In this document: positions 26,981-36,776 of the stretch, in pieces | How the letters are laid out: every line of letters begins with the position of its first letter | Numbering within the stretch: position 1 is the stretch's first letter | Origin: a virus | Reading direction: 5' to 3' (one strand) | IMG/VR virus record: IMGVR_UViG_3300003690_000003 | Coordinates: 32,001 to 96,000 of that record | DNA length: 64,000 nt | Translations under genes and position numbers: made by a program | Notes under the pieces: model-generated | What the model was told of the DNA's origin: nothing | What the model saw: the letters and a program-made list of their open reading frames with translations, nothing else | The model's database searches: none

Positions 26981-28444
26981 CTAATAGACGCCCCCCCCGT
27001 TGACCCCCCTGGGGCCCACATGTGTCGGAGCAGTTCTAGCATTCTCTACACTTCCTATCTTAACAGGTCCCTTTTCCTTTGTCAAGACTTTTTTGCCCAC
27101 TTGTAAGTTATATAAATAAGGTTTAATTAAATTATTAATATAACGCATGGCTGTTTCTTCATTATAAGTTTTGTATATAGTGTTAATCATTTGGATCTTT
27201 TGATTATAATCAGTAAATGTTACATTAGCCTCGCGTGTGCGAATATTAAAATATGTATGAAGCCAAAACAAACTGCCAAGTCCGTGCACCGCGTCCTTTG
27301 AAATCGTATTTCTCATTCTTACTTCGTAAGATGGGCGATTGGGGCATTTCACAGTAGATGTCGTCTGGATAGTCGCGCGCGGGTAATCTTGTGCAAACTG
27401 ATTATACATTTTCAATAAAGCATCCTTTAGAAGTAGCAAATCTTTCTTATAGGTTTTCTGATAATAAGTATTAAAAAACTGTTGGCGCGAAGGAGCATCA
27501 AAATATCCTCCAATTTGTTCACAAGTAGGACTAAAGGTTTTCGTCATGTACGCAAGCATAGGCTCCGATAAGGGATCGGCGGTTATCTTCCATGGGCCGT
27601 TTCTATCCACATAAAACCCATACTTTCTGGCAGCTTTTACAAAATAGTCAAAGTTAGGATCGAGTATATAGTTCTCGAACTTAGGAGAATCTTTGGCATA
27701 ATCCGGATTCTTCTTTAACTCTAGAGAAAGGCCCGAGATCATAGGAGAAGAATAGTTTGATACCACGTATCCTGTCAAAGTGATAGGCCAATCGTTAAGT
27801 TTTGTTCCCATATAGTTGGATAGCTCTTTGACAAAAGAGGGAAAATCCAATACTCTATTAGAAATACTTTTACTAGATCGAATCCAGTTCGTGAACCGCG
27901 TGCCATAAGCCCGATTAAAACCTCGGAAAGAGTTGTCATAGTTTTCGAAACCGCGCACAGGTTCTAACTTATAGTATACGCTATTAAACTTATTTATCAG
28001 GTCAGCATCGCCAGCGCGCTGGAGGTGTTCCTTCAAATCTTTAAATGCATCTGCCACAAAATTAAACACAAATACATTACCAGCTGAACTCTTAACTTGT
28101 TTGAGAGTGTTTTGCCCATTAGGTTCGTAAGTAGTTAGGGGGCCGGTGGGCTGCAGAATACCGGACGAGTCCGGGTCGAATGTCATGCCCACCTGGCGAT
28201 GGGCCCATTCGGCGGGTCCGACGGGATTAACCACAATCCCATTCTGAATAGGGTCAACCCTCCCATAATAATAAGATGTATACCATGAACGAAGAGGATG
28301 AGGCGTATCTAAAAAGAGTGGTAAATCCTTATATTTTTTACGCTCATAAAAAGCGTCTTTGGCTGATAGCTCGTTACTCCCACGAAGGTTCATGGCCTCC
28401 GTCGGTGAGTAAGGAATGGTTCCTGTTAGTTCTGACTGATGCAT
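26981..28444 (-). CDS. Hypothetical protein, probably baseplate-associated
   Basis: 487-aa ORF at the end of the baseplate operon. Confidence 0.5.
   Translation of the reverse strand: MHQSELTGTIPYSPTEAMNLRGSNELSAKDAFYERKKYKDLPLFLDTPHPLRSWYTSYYYGRVDPIQNGIVVNPVGPAEWAHRQVGMTFDPDSSGILQPTGPLTTYEPNGQNTLKQVKSSAGNVFVFNFVADAFKDLKEHLQRAGDADLINKFNSVYYKLEPVRGFENYDNSFRGFNRAYGTRFTNWIRSSKSISNRVLDFPSFVKELSNYMGTKLNDWPITLTGYVVSNYSSPMISGLSLELKKNPDYAKDSPKFENYILDPNFDYFVKAARKYGFYVDRNGPWKITADPLSEPMLAYMTKTFSPTCEQIGGYFDAPSRQQFFNTYYQKTYKKDLLLLKDALLKMYNQFAQDYPRATIQTTSTVKCPNRPSYEVRMRNTISKDAVHGLGSLFWLHTYFNIRTREANVTFTDYNQKIQMINTIYKTYNEETAMRYINNLIKPYLYNLQVGKKVLTKEKGPVKIGSVENARTAPTHVGPRGVNGGGVY
27057..27085 (-). promoter_or_regulatory. 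sigma70-type promoter for the polA-tubulin-SSB operon
   Basis: TTGACA-17 nt-TAAGAT with extended TGn. Confidence 0.65.
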
Positions 28445-28447
28445 GGC

Positions 28448-31336
28448 TTAAGTATTAACTAGGTTCTTGCCGGGGTCAATGTATGGCATCGCTTGATGAA
28501 GCGCTTTGACGATCGTTTCATATCCCTTCTGAGAAATAGTATTTTCTACAGATGTTACCAAATGGTATCCTCCTATTCCTAAATAGCGCGCTGGTGAGTT
28601 TCTGTTTTTAGGGGTGCCAAAACCTATCGGGGCGGGGGAAACATAAATATATTGTCCGGGCTTTATGAGCGGTGCCCCATATAGCTTAAGCGTAACACTG
28701 TAGAGTTCTCTCAGTTGCTCGGCTCCTGCCACCCTATCTCGATTTATTCTAGCCTCGCGCAGGTAGGGAGCGTCAGTACGTTGAAAAGTGGCCGTTTTAA
28801 GAAGACCCCTATCGGCACCCACGATGAAATGATATATTCCCTTTTCTCGATCGCTGTCCTCATCACCCAACTCGAACTCCATCATTCCAGGATCTGTCAT
28901 CAAAAGTATTTTAAAGTTTCTATGAATATTCTTGGCGGCGGGTTTATCAAGGTGCCTCGTCCCCTGCTTTCCTATAGATATCGACAAAGGAAGTGCGCGG
29001 CGCGCTACAAGACCGCTAGTAAATACAGAGTTAGTAAGGGGGGGGACCCCATCACTATATAATGCCTTCGCAAAGACGCCATCTCTGTCGGCCAAAATGT
29101 CTAGTTGTGTAAAGTGGTATTGTCTTTGAGGCATGCCATAGAAACACTTGGCGGATAGCATAGGCATCACTAAGTCTCGGAGAACGTCTGCGATAAAGTG
29201 GTTAAAATAATAACGCGGCTTTTTCGGTTTAACAACCTTCTTTATATACCAATTCACAAAAGACTCATATTGAATGGGAATGGAGGCAATATTAATGGTT
29301 TTAAAAAGCCGCTGTTTATCTTGTCTAGAAAAGGAGAGTTCCCGAAATTTCAACTTCTTAAAAAATTGTTCTGGATTCCTAGATTGTGTGCGCGTTCCGG
29401 CCTCCGGATCAGCCGGTTTAAACGCGGTCGCTGCATCATAAAAAACTTTTACATTCATAAATTCCAAGTCTGTTGTGACCAGACCCATACGTTGCATATC
29501 TATTTCTTTCTTGACTCCACCCTTATTTCCCTCCTCAATCACCCCTTCTATGAGATCTCCTAAAAGAAAGAAGGTAACAGGTATTTTGTCCTTCCCCAGA
29601 TTAGGATCCTCCATGGGATTGGGCTGTTGGTCTCCACTTGTATTGGGTCTTACCCCTTCGGCGGCCCCGTGGGCCGTGAAGCGCGACCAGGGCGTCCCCG
29701 GGGTGCGCGGGGATCCCATCCCCGCCATTGAGATTCCCAAAGCATCCTTACTGTCCGGATCGTTTTCCAACGCCTCTTCCAATCGCTTCCGATAAAGACC
29801 ATGTTCGGTTTGAATACTAACAAGATCCGCATGGTGTACCACCTCCCCATTATACCCAAAAAAACCATCCTGGCGGAGTCCTTCATAGTATGTGGTTCTG
29901 CCAAACATATACTGAAAAAAAGGCTCACTCCCGGTGGCGCCCCCAGCTAAATGAGCCTCCGACACAGGAGAGTCCGTAGTATGTGCAGCCTGGGCTCGTT
30001 CGGTCATCTGTCTATAATCCTCAATAGACATTTCGGCGGGAGCACCCGTGCCTGGCGCCTGTGAAAAGGCGCGGAGTTGAAGAGGTTTGGCAAAAACATC
30101 CAAGAGATGGTTACGGGAGATAAGATAGGTAAATATTCGACTGTACCTTTCTTCCAAATAGTCGTTTAACAACTTCTGAGCAGCCTCGACCTGCTGGTTG
30201 GCGTCGTCGAATGGCGCGCGTTGCGCAGCAGTGGGGCGGGGGGGGGACTGACCTAAACTTTCCCTTGATTTTTCAAGTTTTGCTAGGTTCGTAATAAGAT
30301 CTAGATCCTCTGGAATTCCCAAAATATCAAATCTATTTTCTAAACTCCCATACCGCGCACGATAGTCAATTACCAGATCGGCAGACCCATCCTGATTGAA
30401 GTTAAATCGATGCTGTGTCAGCTGCAAATAGAGAGGAGTACGCGTGTCTCTGATAACATCCATTTCCTTAGAAGTAAAAAAACTTCCGTGGTTGGGAGGA
30501 ACTTGCCATCCTACTTCGGCTTTAATTTCAAAAAAGGCGCCATCGTAATGCAGGTAACTGGGAACTGTCTCTGTATCTTGTGCGTTGCCGCTTTCCGCAT
30601 CTCCCGTTGTGGCGAGGGCCTTATGCGGGGCATAAATGATTAAATCTAAAAAGCTACTCCCTCCGGGGCGGCCGGCTTTATATACCGAATGCCGCGTATT
30701 ATCCGTAAACAAAGCCGATACATCGTTAAAATGAACTGTGAGTTGAGCCTCAATATTTTTATCAACATCCGCAGGATTAACTCCCTTTAAAGACCACTTA
30801 AAACTTTTAATACCTGTTCCTGCCAACCTTCCTTGGTGACGTTCAAACATTCTTTCTAAGGTTTGCTCGCTCACAAAGTCATCAAAAATGATCTCTTTGT
30901 CCTTCGCCAGATTAAGATTGGGACGCCGAAATCCCTCGTCGTCGGGCGGAAGGGACTCGTACTCTACCTTGTAGATTCGAAGACACGGCACAAGCATGGC
31001 CATCTTGTCTGTGGTCAGGTCAAGCATCCGAATTGCTTCCCTAGGTTGTACCAGTTTGGAAAACGTTTTCGGAGCTGTATAAGCAGTATCGCTTAAGAGG
31101 GGTGCCACATAGTTATAACCACTAGCCTGCGACGTGCTGTGGGGGTCAGTTTCAGTGTCGTTGCGGAGTCGTTCAATAAAAAGCCCAAGCTTCTCTTCCG
31201 CTTTGGGAGCAATGTCAAACATATTCTGAATTAAAAAGCACTGAGCATTAAAGGTAATAGATTCGGCGAGTGAATCGCCCACAATTGTTTGACCACTGGT
31301 CTCAAGAGTTTCGCGATAATCTTTCTGGACGGCCAT
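28448..31336 (-). CDS. Large baseplate hub-like protein
   Basis: C-terminal hub-like pattern LKLYGAPLIKPGQYIYV...GYHLVTSVENTI...YETIVKA; follows the LysM gene. Confidence 0.55.
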   Translation of the reverse strand: MAVQKDYRETLETSGQTIVGDSLAESITFNAQCFLIQNMFDIAPKAEEKLGLFIERLRNDTETDPHSTSQASGYNYVAPLLSDTAYTAPKTFSKLVQPREAIRMLDLTTDKMAMLVPCLRIYKVEYESLPPDDEGFRRPNLNLAKDKEIIFDDFVSEQTLERMFERHQGRLAGTGIKSFKWSLKGVNPADVDKNIEAQLTVHFNDVSALFTDNTRHSVYKAGRPGGSSFLDLIIYAPHKALATTGDAESGNAQDTETVPSYLHYDGAFFEIKAEVGWQVPPNHGSFFTSKEMDVIRDTRTPLYLQLTQHRFNFNQDGSADLVIDYRARYGSLENRFDILGIPEDLDLITNLAKLEKSRESLGQSPPRPTAAQRAPFDDANQQVEAAQKLLNDYLEERYSRIFTYLISRNHLLDVFAKPLQLRAFSQAPGTGAPAEMSIEDYRQMTERAQAAHTTDSPVSEAHLAGGATGSEPFFQYMFGRTTYYEGLRQDGFFGYNGEVVHHADLVSIQTEHGLYRKRLEEALENDPDSKDALGISMAGMGSPRTPGTPWSRFTAHGAAEGVRPNTSGDQQPNPMEDPNLGKDKIPVTFFLLGDLIEGVIEEGNKGGVKKEIDMQRMGLVTTDLEFMNVKVFYDAATAFKPADPEAGTRTQSRNPEQFFKKLKFRELSFSRQDKQRLFKTINIASIPIQYESFVNWYIKKVVKPKKPRYYFNHFIADVLRDLVMPMLSAKCFYGMPQRQYHFTQLDILADRDGVFAKALYSDGVPPLTNSVFTSGLVARRALPLSISIGKQGTRHLDKPAAKNIHRNFKILLMTDPGMMEFELGDEDSDREKGIYHFIVGADRGLLKTATFQRTDAPYLREARINRDRVAGAEQLRELYSVTLKLYGAPLIKPGQYIYVSPAPIGFGTPKNRNSPARYLGIGGYHLVTSVENTISQKGYETIVKALHQAMPYIDPGKNLVNT

Positions 31337-31339
31337 TCT

Positions 31340-31678
31340 TTATTCCCTATAATATTCTAACATAGTTTCGAGGGGCATTGGAATATAAACCATTTCTCCT
31401 AGTTTAAAATGAGCGTCTGTGGGTTTGGAATTAAATCTTGCTATTACCCACCACAATTTTGGATCACCGTAGTGTTCAGCGGCCAATTTATAAAGGCGAT
31501 CGCCGACCGTCCAAACTTTTTGTAGTTTAGTTATACGCATACGTTCTGCCTGAGTTACCTTATTAAATACAGGAGTGACGTACTGAACAATGCTAGTAAG
31601 TCCACGCTCTTCTAATATATTAAAATAGATCTCGTCAGTATTTCTAAAGATGCGTCGGTTATCGTATCGTGATGGCAT
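31340..31678 (-). CDS. LysM-type baseplate protein (gp53/tail X-like)
   Basis: GDRLYKLAAEHYGDPKLWWVIARFN...VYIP. Confidence 0.8.
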   Translation of the reverse strand: MPSRYDNRRIFRNTDEIYFNILEERGLTSIVQYVTPVFNKVTQAERMRITKLQKVWTVGDRLYKLAAEHYGDPKLWWVIARFNSKPTDAHFKLGEMVYIPMPLETMLEYYRE

Positions 31679-31703
31679 TCATGCTCTCCCTTATACTATT
31701 CTA

Positions 31704-32798
31704 TTAGTCTGGTCTTCCAGGTATATTTTCCACACCAGCTGCGAGCCCAGGCACCGCACCGGTACCAGTTAGAGTCGCCGCAGCATCTCCTGCGGCCTCT
31801 AGAGTGGACTGGTCGCCCTTGAGGGCCCCGGCCTCGACTGTATCGTCAGCCGGGGACACCGGTGCTGACGCGGCCGTGTCACTCAAAGTTGTGCCATACC
31901 CATACGGGTAATCAGCGGTTTGTCCAAAAGTAATGGTATTTGTTCCACTGAAGGCGTCGTCGCGATTCCACGTCCAGCCCACTTTCGCATTTTCATGCAG
32001 AATCGTTAAGCCAAAGCTTACTTCCACATGAGTGGGAACTAAAGCTAGCTGGCCATTTCTATCAATAAGGCGCGTCACGTTGAGCTCACCTCCTCGTATC
32101 CCTGCTGTATACGTAAGATATTTAAATGAATCCACAATCGCTAGTAAACCCTCCGTCGTAGCACCAGGAGATGTATTTCTCATGAGATTTAGGTTTCCCC
32201 CTGATGCATTGCTTAATCTAAAACGCAAAAGAGGGGGTGCTACCAATGTCCCTGTGCCCATCTTTTTACCATCAGCCGTCTGATAAACCGGATACATAAA
32301 CTTAGCCAAGTCTCCAACTGCCTTTAGCATCCCATCTGTTTGAGAGGGATCCCCTAAAATATCTATAGTCCATGCAAAGTCAACCGTACGAGTGGTTCCT
32401 TGATAAGTGGCAACAGGATCCATGCGGCCGTATACATTTTCTTTATGGAATCTGGGCAAGAAGTTGTCGGTAAAAGTAGCTAGCGCTCCTGGCAGTTTAA
32501 GGTTTTTCTTTAAAGCCACATATTCAATAGTTAAAATATCCGGGTTAAACTTTGTCGTTTTGAGTGTATCGGTTGGACTGTATTCGAACTGCGAAGCAAG
32601 AAGGGCCTGCGCTTGTTCGATCGAATGTACATCATCAGCATCACGAGCCGATCGTTTGAGGTCCTCTAGTTCATTCCATGACCACGTTACTTTACCGCCA
32701 CTCCAGTGCCCGGCAATGTCGAAAAGCCCTTTGGAACCATATTGCTTCTCCCAAAGGTCTTTAAGATTACCTGTTTCGCTTTTATTTCTGCCGCCCAT
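31704..32798 (-). CDS. Tail tube initiator/baseplate tube-fold protein
   Basis: YGRMDPVATYQGTTRTVDF...MYP...PPLLRF; lies between TMP and LysM. Confidence 0.6.
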   Translation of the reverse strand: MGGRNKSETGNLKDLWEKQYGSKGLFDIAGHWSGGKVTWSWNELEDLKRSARDADDVHSIEQAQALLASQFEYSPTDTLKTTKFNPDILTIEYVALKKNLKLPGALATFTDNFLPRFHKENVYGRMDPVATYQGTTRTVDFAWTIDILGDPSQTDGMLKAVGDLAKFMYPVYQTADGKKMGTGTLVAPPLLRFRLSNASGGNLNLMRNTSPGATTEGLLAIVDSFKYLTYTAGIRGGELNVTRLIDRNGQLALVPTHVEVSFGLTILHENAKVGWTWNRDDAFSGTNTITFGQTADYPYGYGTTLSDTAASAPVSPADDTVEAGALKGDQSTLEAAGDAAATLTGTGAVPGLAAGVENIPGRPD

Positions 32799-32807
32799 TT
32801 TAATCCT

Positions 32808-35225
32808 TTAGCTAAGTACTCCGAGCTGCTGGTCCACTTTATTAACGGCGAACTCCCCAACTACGTTGCCATCAAGTTCAATAACGATAGGCTGCTGAGA
32901 GCCCCCGCCACCTTGACCCATATTATCTAGTCGCATAGACAAATTTAGGATCGCATCTTTTAACTCTCCCATTCCGGCGGCGCCTCCTCCACCAAGCATG
33001 TCTTCGGTGCCCTTATTATTTACTACGGTTCCACTTTGTGTGGGTACCACCACCTCGCGGCCCTCTTCGCCTACGAGATATGGCTGGTCTGCCTCTACGG
33101 GACCCCCGAGTTGCCGTCGTGGGATGCTCTGTGCTTTGGTGGCGGCACTGTATATGCCGGCGGCAAAGACGCCTAAGCCGGCAGCAGCAACCATCGGGCC
33201 GGCCACCGGGCCAAGGAGGGCTGCCATGGGGCCCCACTTCATAGCCGCAATGGCTACGGCGAGGCCTGCGAATGCCGCTGTAGCCCCGTAGGCCCAGTGT
33301 TTTGTGTTCTTCAACAGGGCATTTACAGCCACAAAGCCTAGCGTTGCGGCGCCTAGCACCCCTACAAGCTGACCAAACGACGTACTTAGTACCCTAACGG
33401 GGCCGGCCGCAGCGGCGGCGCCGGTGCCGGCCGCCTGAGTTAGACCTACGTGTCGAGCCATGATGGGTTGAGACGCCAGCAACTCGATGCGACGGTGAGC
33501 CTCTGCTAAGGTTAATCGCCTAGTTGACGCGGTAGCCATATTGTTAGCACGAGACAGACCACCCAAAGCTGTAATGTTTCTACCAGTCAAAGCAAGAAGG
33601 AGTTGTTCCATCGCTTGAGAGGCTACTCTGGCGCGCCTGAAATTCCGAATCGCTAATGTAGCCGGAATAACGGCCGCAGTTAAACTCATAAACCATTTAC
33701 CACCAGGTAAGCTAGTAAGATAAGCGATTCCCGAGGCTATGTTAGACACCAAATCTACCAGAGGTTCTACCGCAATCGCAAGTCCGTATGCAGCCATCTG
33801 CAACTTCCTCATAGCAGATTGTGCCTCTATAGCGCGGTCCTCCAAAGCTTTTTGGCTTGCCGCAACTTCTGCAAACTGCCGGCTTGTGCCTCCAAAGAGC
33901 TGCGCAGCTACAGTCATGTCTCTAATGCCAGCCGCGGTCGCGATTGTTTGTCTTTCGTGACGACTAAGACTCTCCCACATCATGCCCGACAAAGATAAAG
34001 ATTCTCGCAGGGCTTGAATACGCTGAGTTTCAGTCATATACACCATTTCGATGGCATTCAGGTAGGGACCCCCCAAGATGGCATTTAAACGCCCTACGGC
34101 GCGCCCTGCGCTGTCAAACTCATCGAACTGCTTAGCTATGCTTATAAGCTGAGACATGTTAAGGCCTGTATTCTTTGCCTGGGCAGAAAGGCCCATGAAT
34201 ACTTCAGTCATTCCTGCGCCATATTTTGCCAGCTCACTAGAAGCGGCTTGCCAATCTCTAAAGATTACTTGTGGAGGCACTTTAAGTGCTTTCGCCAATC
34301 CGAAAAGTTTATTGCTCAAAGAAATCGAGTCCGCCGCCGACAAACGTAATCCTTTATCCATAAAGTTAAAAGCCTGTGCAGCGGTTTGAGAATCTACCCC
34401 TACCTGTTTAAGCAGTCCCACTTGACGCTGGAGGGCCATGGCGGTAGTGGGAAGCAAATGAGAGAAAGAAGCCATCGATGTATACAAAGTATTGGTCACT
34501 TCACCAGACTCTTTAATACCCATACCGTACTGAAGGTTTGCTCGGTGTACCGCGTAAGTTTGGCGCGCTAAATCGTTCATTCCGGACGCGGTGCCGGCGA
34601 TCCTATGTACCGCAGCGGCCATGTTATCGTATTCCAGCGCAGCCTTCATTGAAATCTCGGCTATCTTCATCCATGTAGACATGAGAGTGTCAGAAGTATT
34701 AAGTGAGCTACGGAGGCCAGCGCTGACGCCTTTGAGACTTCCTCCGAAAGCGATCGATCCTACTAAACTTTTCTTCCACGCATCACTAATGCCTAGTGTG
34801 GTTCGAACAGCTCTCTGTGTTGCTGCTACGGTGTTCTCCGTGGCTTGCCGGCCTTGTTTAGCCAGGTTGAGAGTCATCGTACGTTGTTTAACCTCATCCG
34901 CCAGCCCTTGCTGTATGCGTTCACCGAGCTCAGCCAGTCTACCGGTCTCCGCGACTGTCAAGCTCGTTGCAGTTCGAAGTCGATTGTACTCAGCCACCTG
35001 TGCCTGCATTTTTTCTAGCACTTGTTGTTCGGCCTGAATAGCGTTACGATTTAGTTCTAAATTCTTTTGTACTATTAATCTTGCTTTGTCGGCAATCCCA
35101 GATTGCCGCTCAAGAATTCTGATTTCACTAGCAAGGGCAGCGGCTCTCTGCTTATAAAGATCTAAATGTCTTTCTAGAAGTGCACTTAAACGCTCAGCAC
35201 TCGCAATGTCATCTCCGGCTGCCAT
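32808..35225 (-). CDS. Tape measure protein
   Basis: Ala-rich helical protein with hydrophobic segments, GGPV...YLVGEEGREVVVP, C-terminal IELDGNVVG. Confidence 0.8.
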   Translation of the reverse strand: MAAGDDIASAERLSALLERHLDLYKQRAAALASEIRILERQSGIADKARLIVQKNLELNRNAIQAEQQVLEKMQAQVAEYNRLRTATSLTVAETGRLAELGERIQQGLADEVKQRTMTLNLAKQGRQATENTVAATQRAVRTTLGISDAWKKSLVGSIAFGGSLKGVSAGLRSSLNTSDTLMSTWMKIAEISMKAALEYDNMAAAVHRIAGTASGMNDLARQTYAVHRANLQYGMGIKESGEVTNTLYTSMASFSHLLPTTAMALQRQVGLLKQVGVDSQTAAQAFNFMDKGLRLSAADSISLSNKLFGLAKALKVPPQVIFRDWQAASSELAKYGAGMTEVFMGLSAQAKNTGLNMSQLISIAKQFDEFDSAGRAVGRLNAILGGPYLNAIEMVYMTETQRIQALRESLSLSGMMWESLSRHERQTIATAAGIRDMTVAAQLFGGTSRQFAEVAASQKALEDRAIEAQSAMRKLQMAAYGLAIAVEPLVDLVSNIASGIAYLTSLPGGKWFMSLTAAVIPATLAIRNFRRARVASQAMEQLLLALTGRNITALGGLSRANNMATASTRRLTLAEAHRRIELLASQPIMARHVGLTQAAGTGAAAAAGPVRVLSTSFGQLVGVLGAATLGFVAVNALLKNTKHWAYGATAAFAGLAVAIAAMKWGPMAALLGPVAGPMVAAAGLGVFAAGIYSAATKAQSIPRRQLGGPVEADQPYLVGEEGREVVVPTQSGTVVNNKGTEDMLGGGGAAGMGELKDAILNLSMRLDNMGQGGGGSQQPIVIELDGNVVGEFAVNKVDQQLGVLS

Positions 35226-35239
35226 GAGTCGTGGTTATC

Positions 35240-35590
35240 CTATTTGAAAGGCCACTTAATGCCAGTTTCTCTTTCAAAGTTGGCAACAGCGCCCTCAAGT
35301 TTGTGGCGACTACTAAAGCTTCGAGGATCATTAAGTCCATACTTTAGAAACGTTTCCATGTATCTCTTTTCTTGGGAAAGGGCATCTCCGAAAGATGCTA
35401 TTTGTGAAGGGGTCCCGCGTACCACTGTGCTCACTACATCTGTGTGCCCAAACATCTGAGTTAACAGTGTTTCTATGGCTCCCCCAAGCATTGTAAGAAA
35501 GCTCTCATTAAGCTCTCCTTCCTTGACAGCATTTAAATTAACAGTTGTAGGAACCAGCTCTTCATTATTCATGACATGCAAACCTCGCAC
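35240..35590 (-). CDS. Hypothetical late protein
   Basis: ORF downstream of ACTAATTA; likely start MNNEE (35572). Confidence 0.65.
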   Translation of the reverse strand: MRGLHVMNNEELVPTTVNLNAVKEGELNESFLTMLGGAIETLLTQMFGHTDVVSTVVRGTPSQIASFGDALSQEKRYMETFLKYGLNDPRSFSSRHKLEGAVANFERETGIKWPFK

Positions 35591-35619
35591 TTGTGCAGAA
35601 TAATTAGTCTTAAAAATAA

Positions 35620-35901
35620 TTAAAGCTTAGGTACTTTAACCCCGGGGCCCAATTGGGTTCTTCCCGCGCTTGATGGCTGGTTTACTTCTTCCATTGCCTC
35701 TTGTTCATCTTTTTTCTGCCTTAAGAGGCGCGCCAAAAACCACTCCCTTAATTTAATAGGTAAATTATATGCTTCTGTAAAGCTCCAGCCGCCATGATAT
35801 TTTAATACGAAGAACTGTTCATAAACGTTCTCCATATACTCAGAGCTGAGGCCAAAAAAAGTCGGCTGTAAAGGGAAAGTTAATGTCGTCCTCGTGGTCA
35901 C
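35620..35901 (-). CDS. Tail/baseplate chaperone C-terminal segment (gp51-like), likely reached by frameshift
   Basis: YEQFFVLKYHGGWSFTEAYNLPIKLREWF; overlaps the upstream ORF across a T7 run. Confidence 0.6.
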   Translation of the reverse strand: MTTRTTLTFPLQPTFFGLSSEYMENVYEQFFVLKYHGGWSFTEAYNLPIKLREWFLARLLRQKKDEQEAMEEVNQPSSAGRTQLGPGVKVPKL

Positions 35902-36715
35902 ACTGACTACAGACGAACTCCTTTCGTAGCTCCGTGTTGGGCATTACTTTTTGATAAGTTTCTCTTAAAAATCTGGTATCAGTTAACGTCATAGTCTCCG
36001 CAAACTTTTCTAGTAGCTCACGTTCCGTATAATCATTAACTGACACTATCATCAACTTAAGGTGATCAGTGATTAGGCTTTCTCCTTGTTTCTTTTTCTT
36101 GTGTCTTTCGGTCTGCCTAAGTAAAAAGTTTTCTTCTTTTCCTGTTAGCATTCTAAATTCTACAGCCACTGGATTCTTTGGAAGTTGCACCACAAAGTTG
36201 TTTCTCTCATTGATCTCAATCCCTGCCTCCTGTAACTCTTCTTCAGTAAAGCAATGCGTCATTGTAGCCTCTTCTAAATTGAAATCATGTGTTTCGACTT
36301 CGCCGCAGGAGGGACATGTAATGGTTGTAACATAATCAGCTCCGTAGCCCGACTTACGAGCAGCGATCAGAATAGCATTTCGGTCACCACTTAAAAGCGC
36401 TTCTGGCTTAATCCGCTTATCCACTATAAGATTAGTCATTAAACGCTCTAAGGCCAGCCCTTTTTCTAGAAGACTTTGAGAAGTTAAAATATCTTCTTCC
36501 TTAGCGGTCATATATTTAATCTCAATAGTCTCTTGCCCGTAGAGGGGATGAGTAGTAGGATAAAACTCCCCTCGACTCGGAAGCTCCACAAACTCGGTCG
36601 GAACTACAAAAGAAAACGGATCGCTCTGAGCGGTAGTATCTTGTGTAATCGACGCGGGAGGATCTAAATCGGGCTGTTGTGCCGAAAATCGGTCTTCATT
36701 ATTACGAACTGACAA
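35840..36715 (-). CDS. T4 gp26-like baseplate hub assembly/tail chaperone
   Basis: VELPSRG, MTAKEEDIL, GDRNAILIAAR..GYG, CPSC and CSQC, ends FFWPQL. Confidence 0.75.
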   Translation of the reverse strand: MSVRNNEDRFSAQQPDLDPPASITQDTTAQSDPFSFVVPTEFVELPSRGEFYPTTHPLYGQETIEIKYMTAKEEDILTSQSLLEKGLALERLMTNLIVDKRIKPEALLSGDRNAILIAARKSGYGADYVTTITCPSCGEVETHDFNLEEATMTHCFTEEELQEAGIEINERNNFVVQLPKNPVAVEFRMLTGKEENFLLRQTERHKKKKQGESLITDHLKLMIVSVNDYTERELLEKFAETMTLTDTRFLRETYQKVMPNTELRKEFVCSQCDHEDDINFPFTADFFWPQL

Positions 36716-36738
36716 AAGTCACCTCTCTTTCAAATATA

Positions 36739-36747
36739 ATTATATCA
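36739..36747 (-). promoter_or_regulatory. Extended -10 promoter (TGATATAAT)
   Basis: In the AT-rich gap upstream of the gp26-like gene. Confidence 0.45.
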
Positions 36748-36776
36748 CTAAATAAGTTTTTTTTAAATTATTATTT

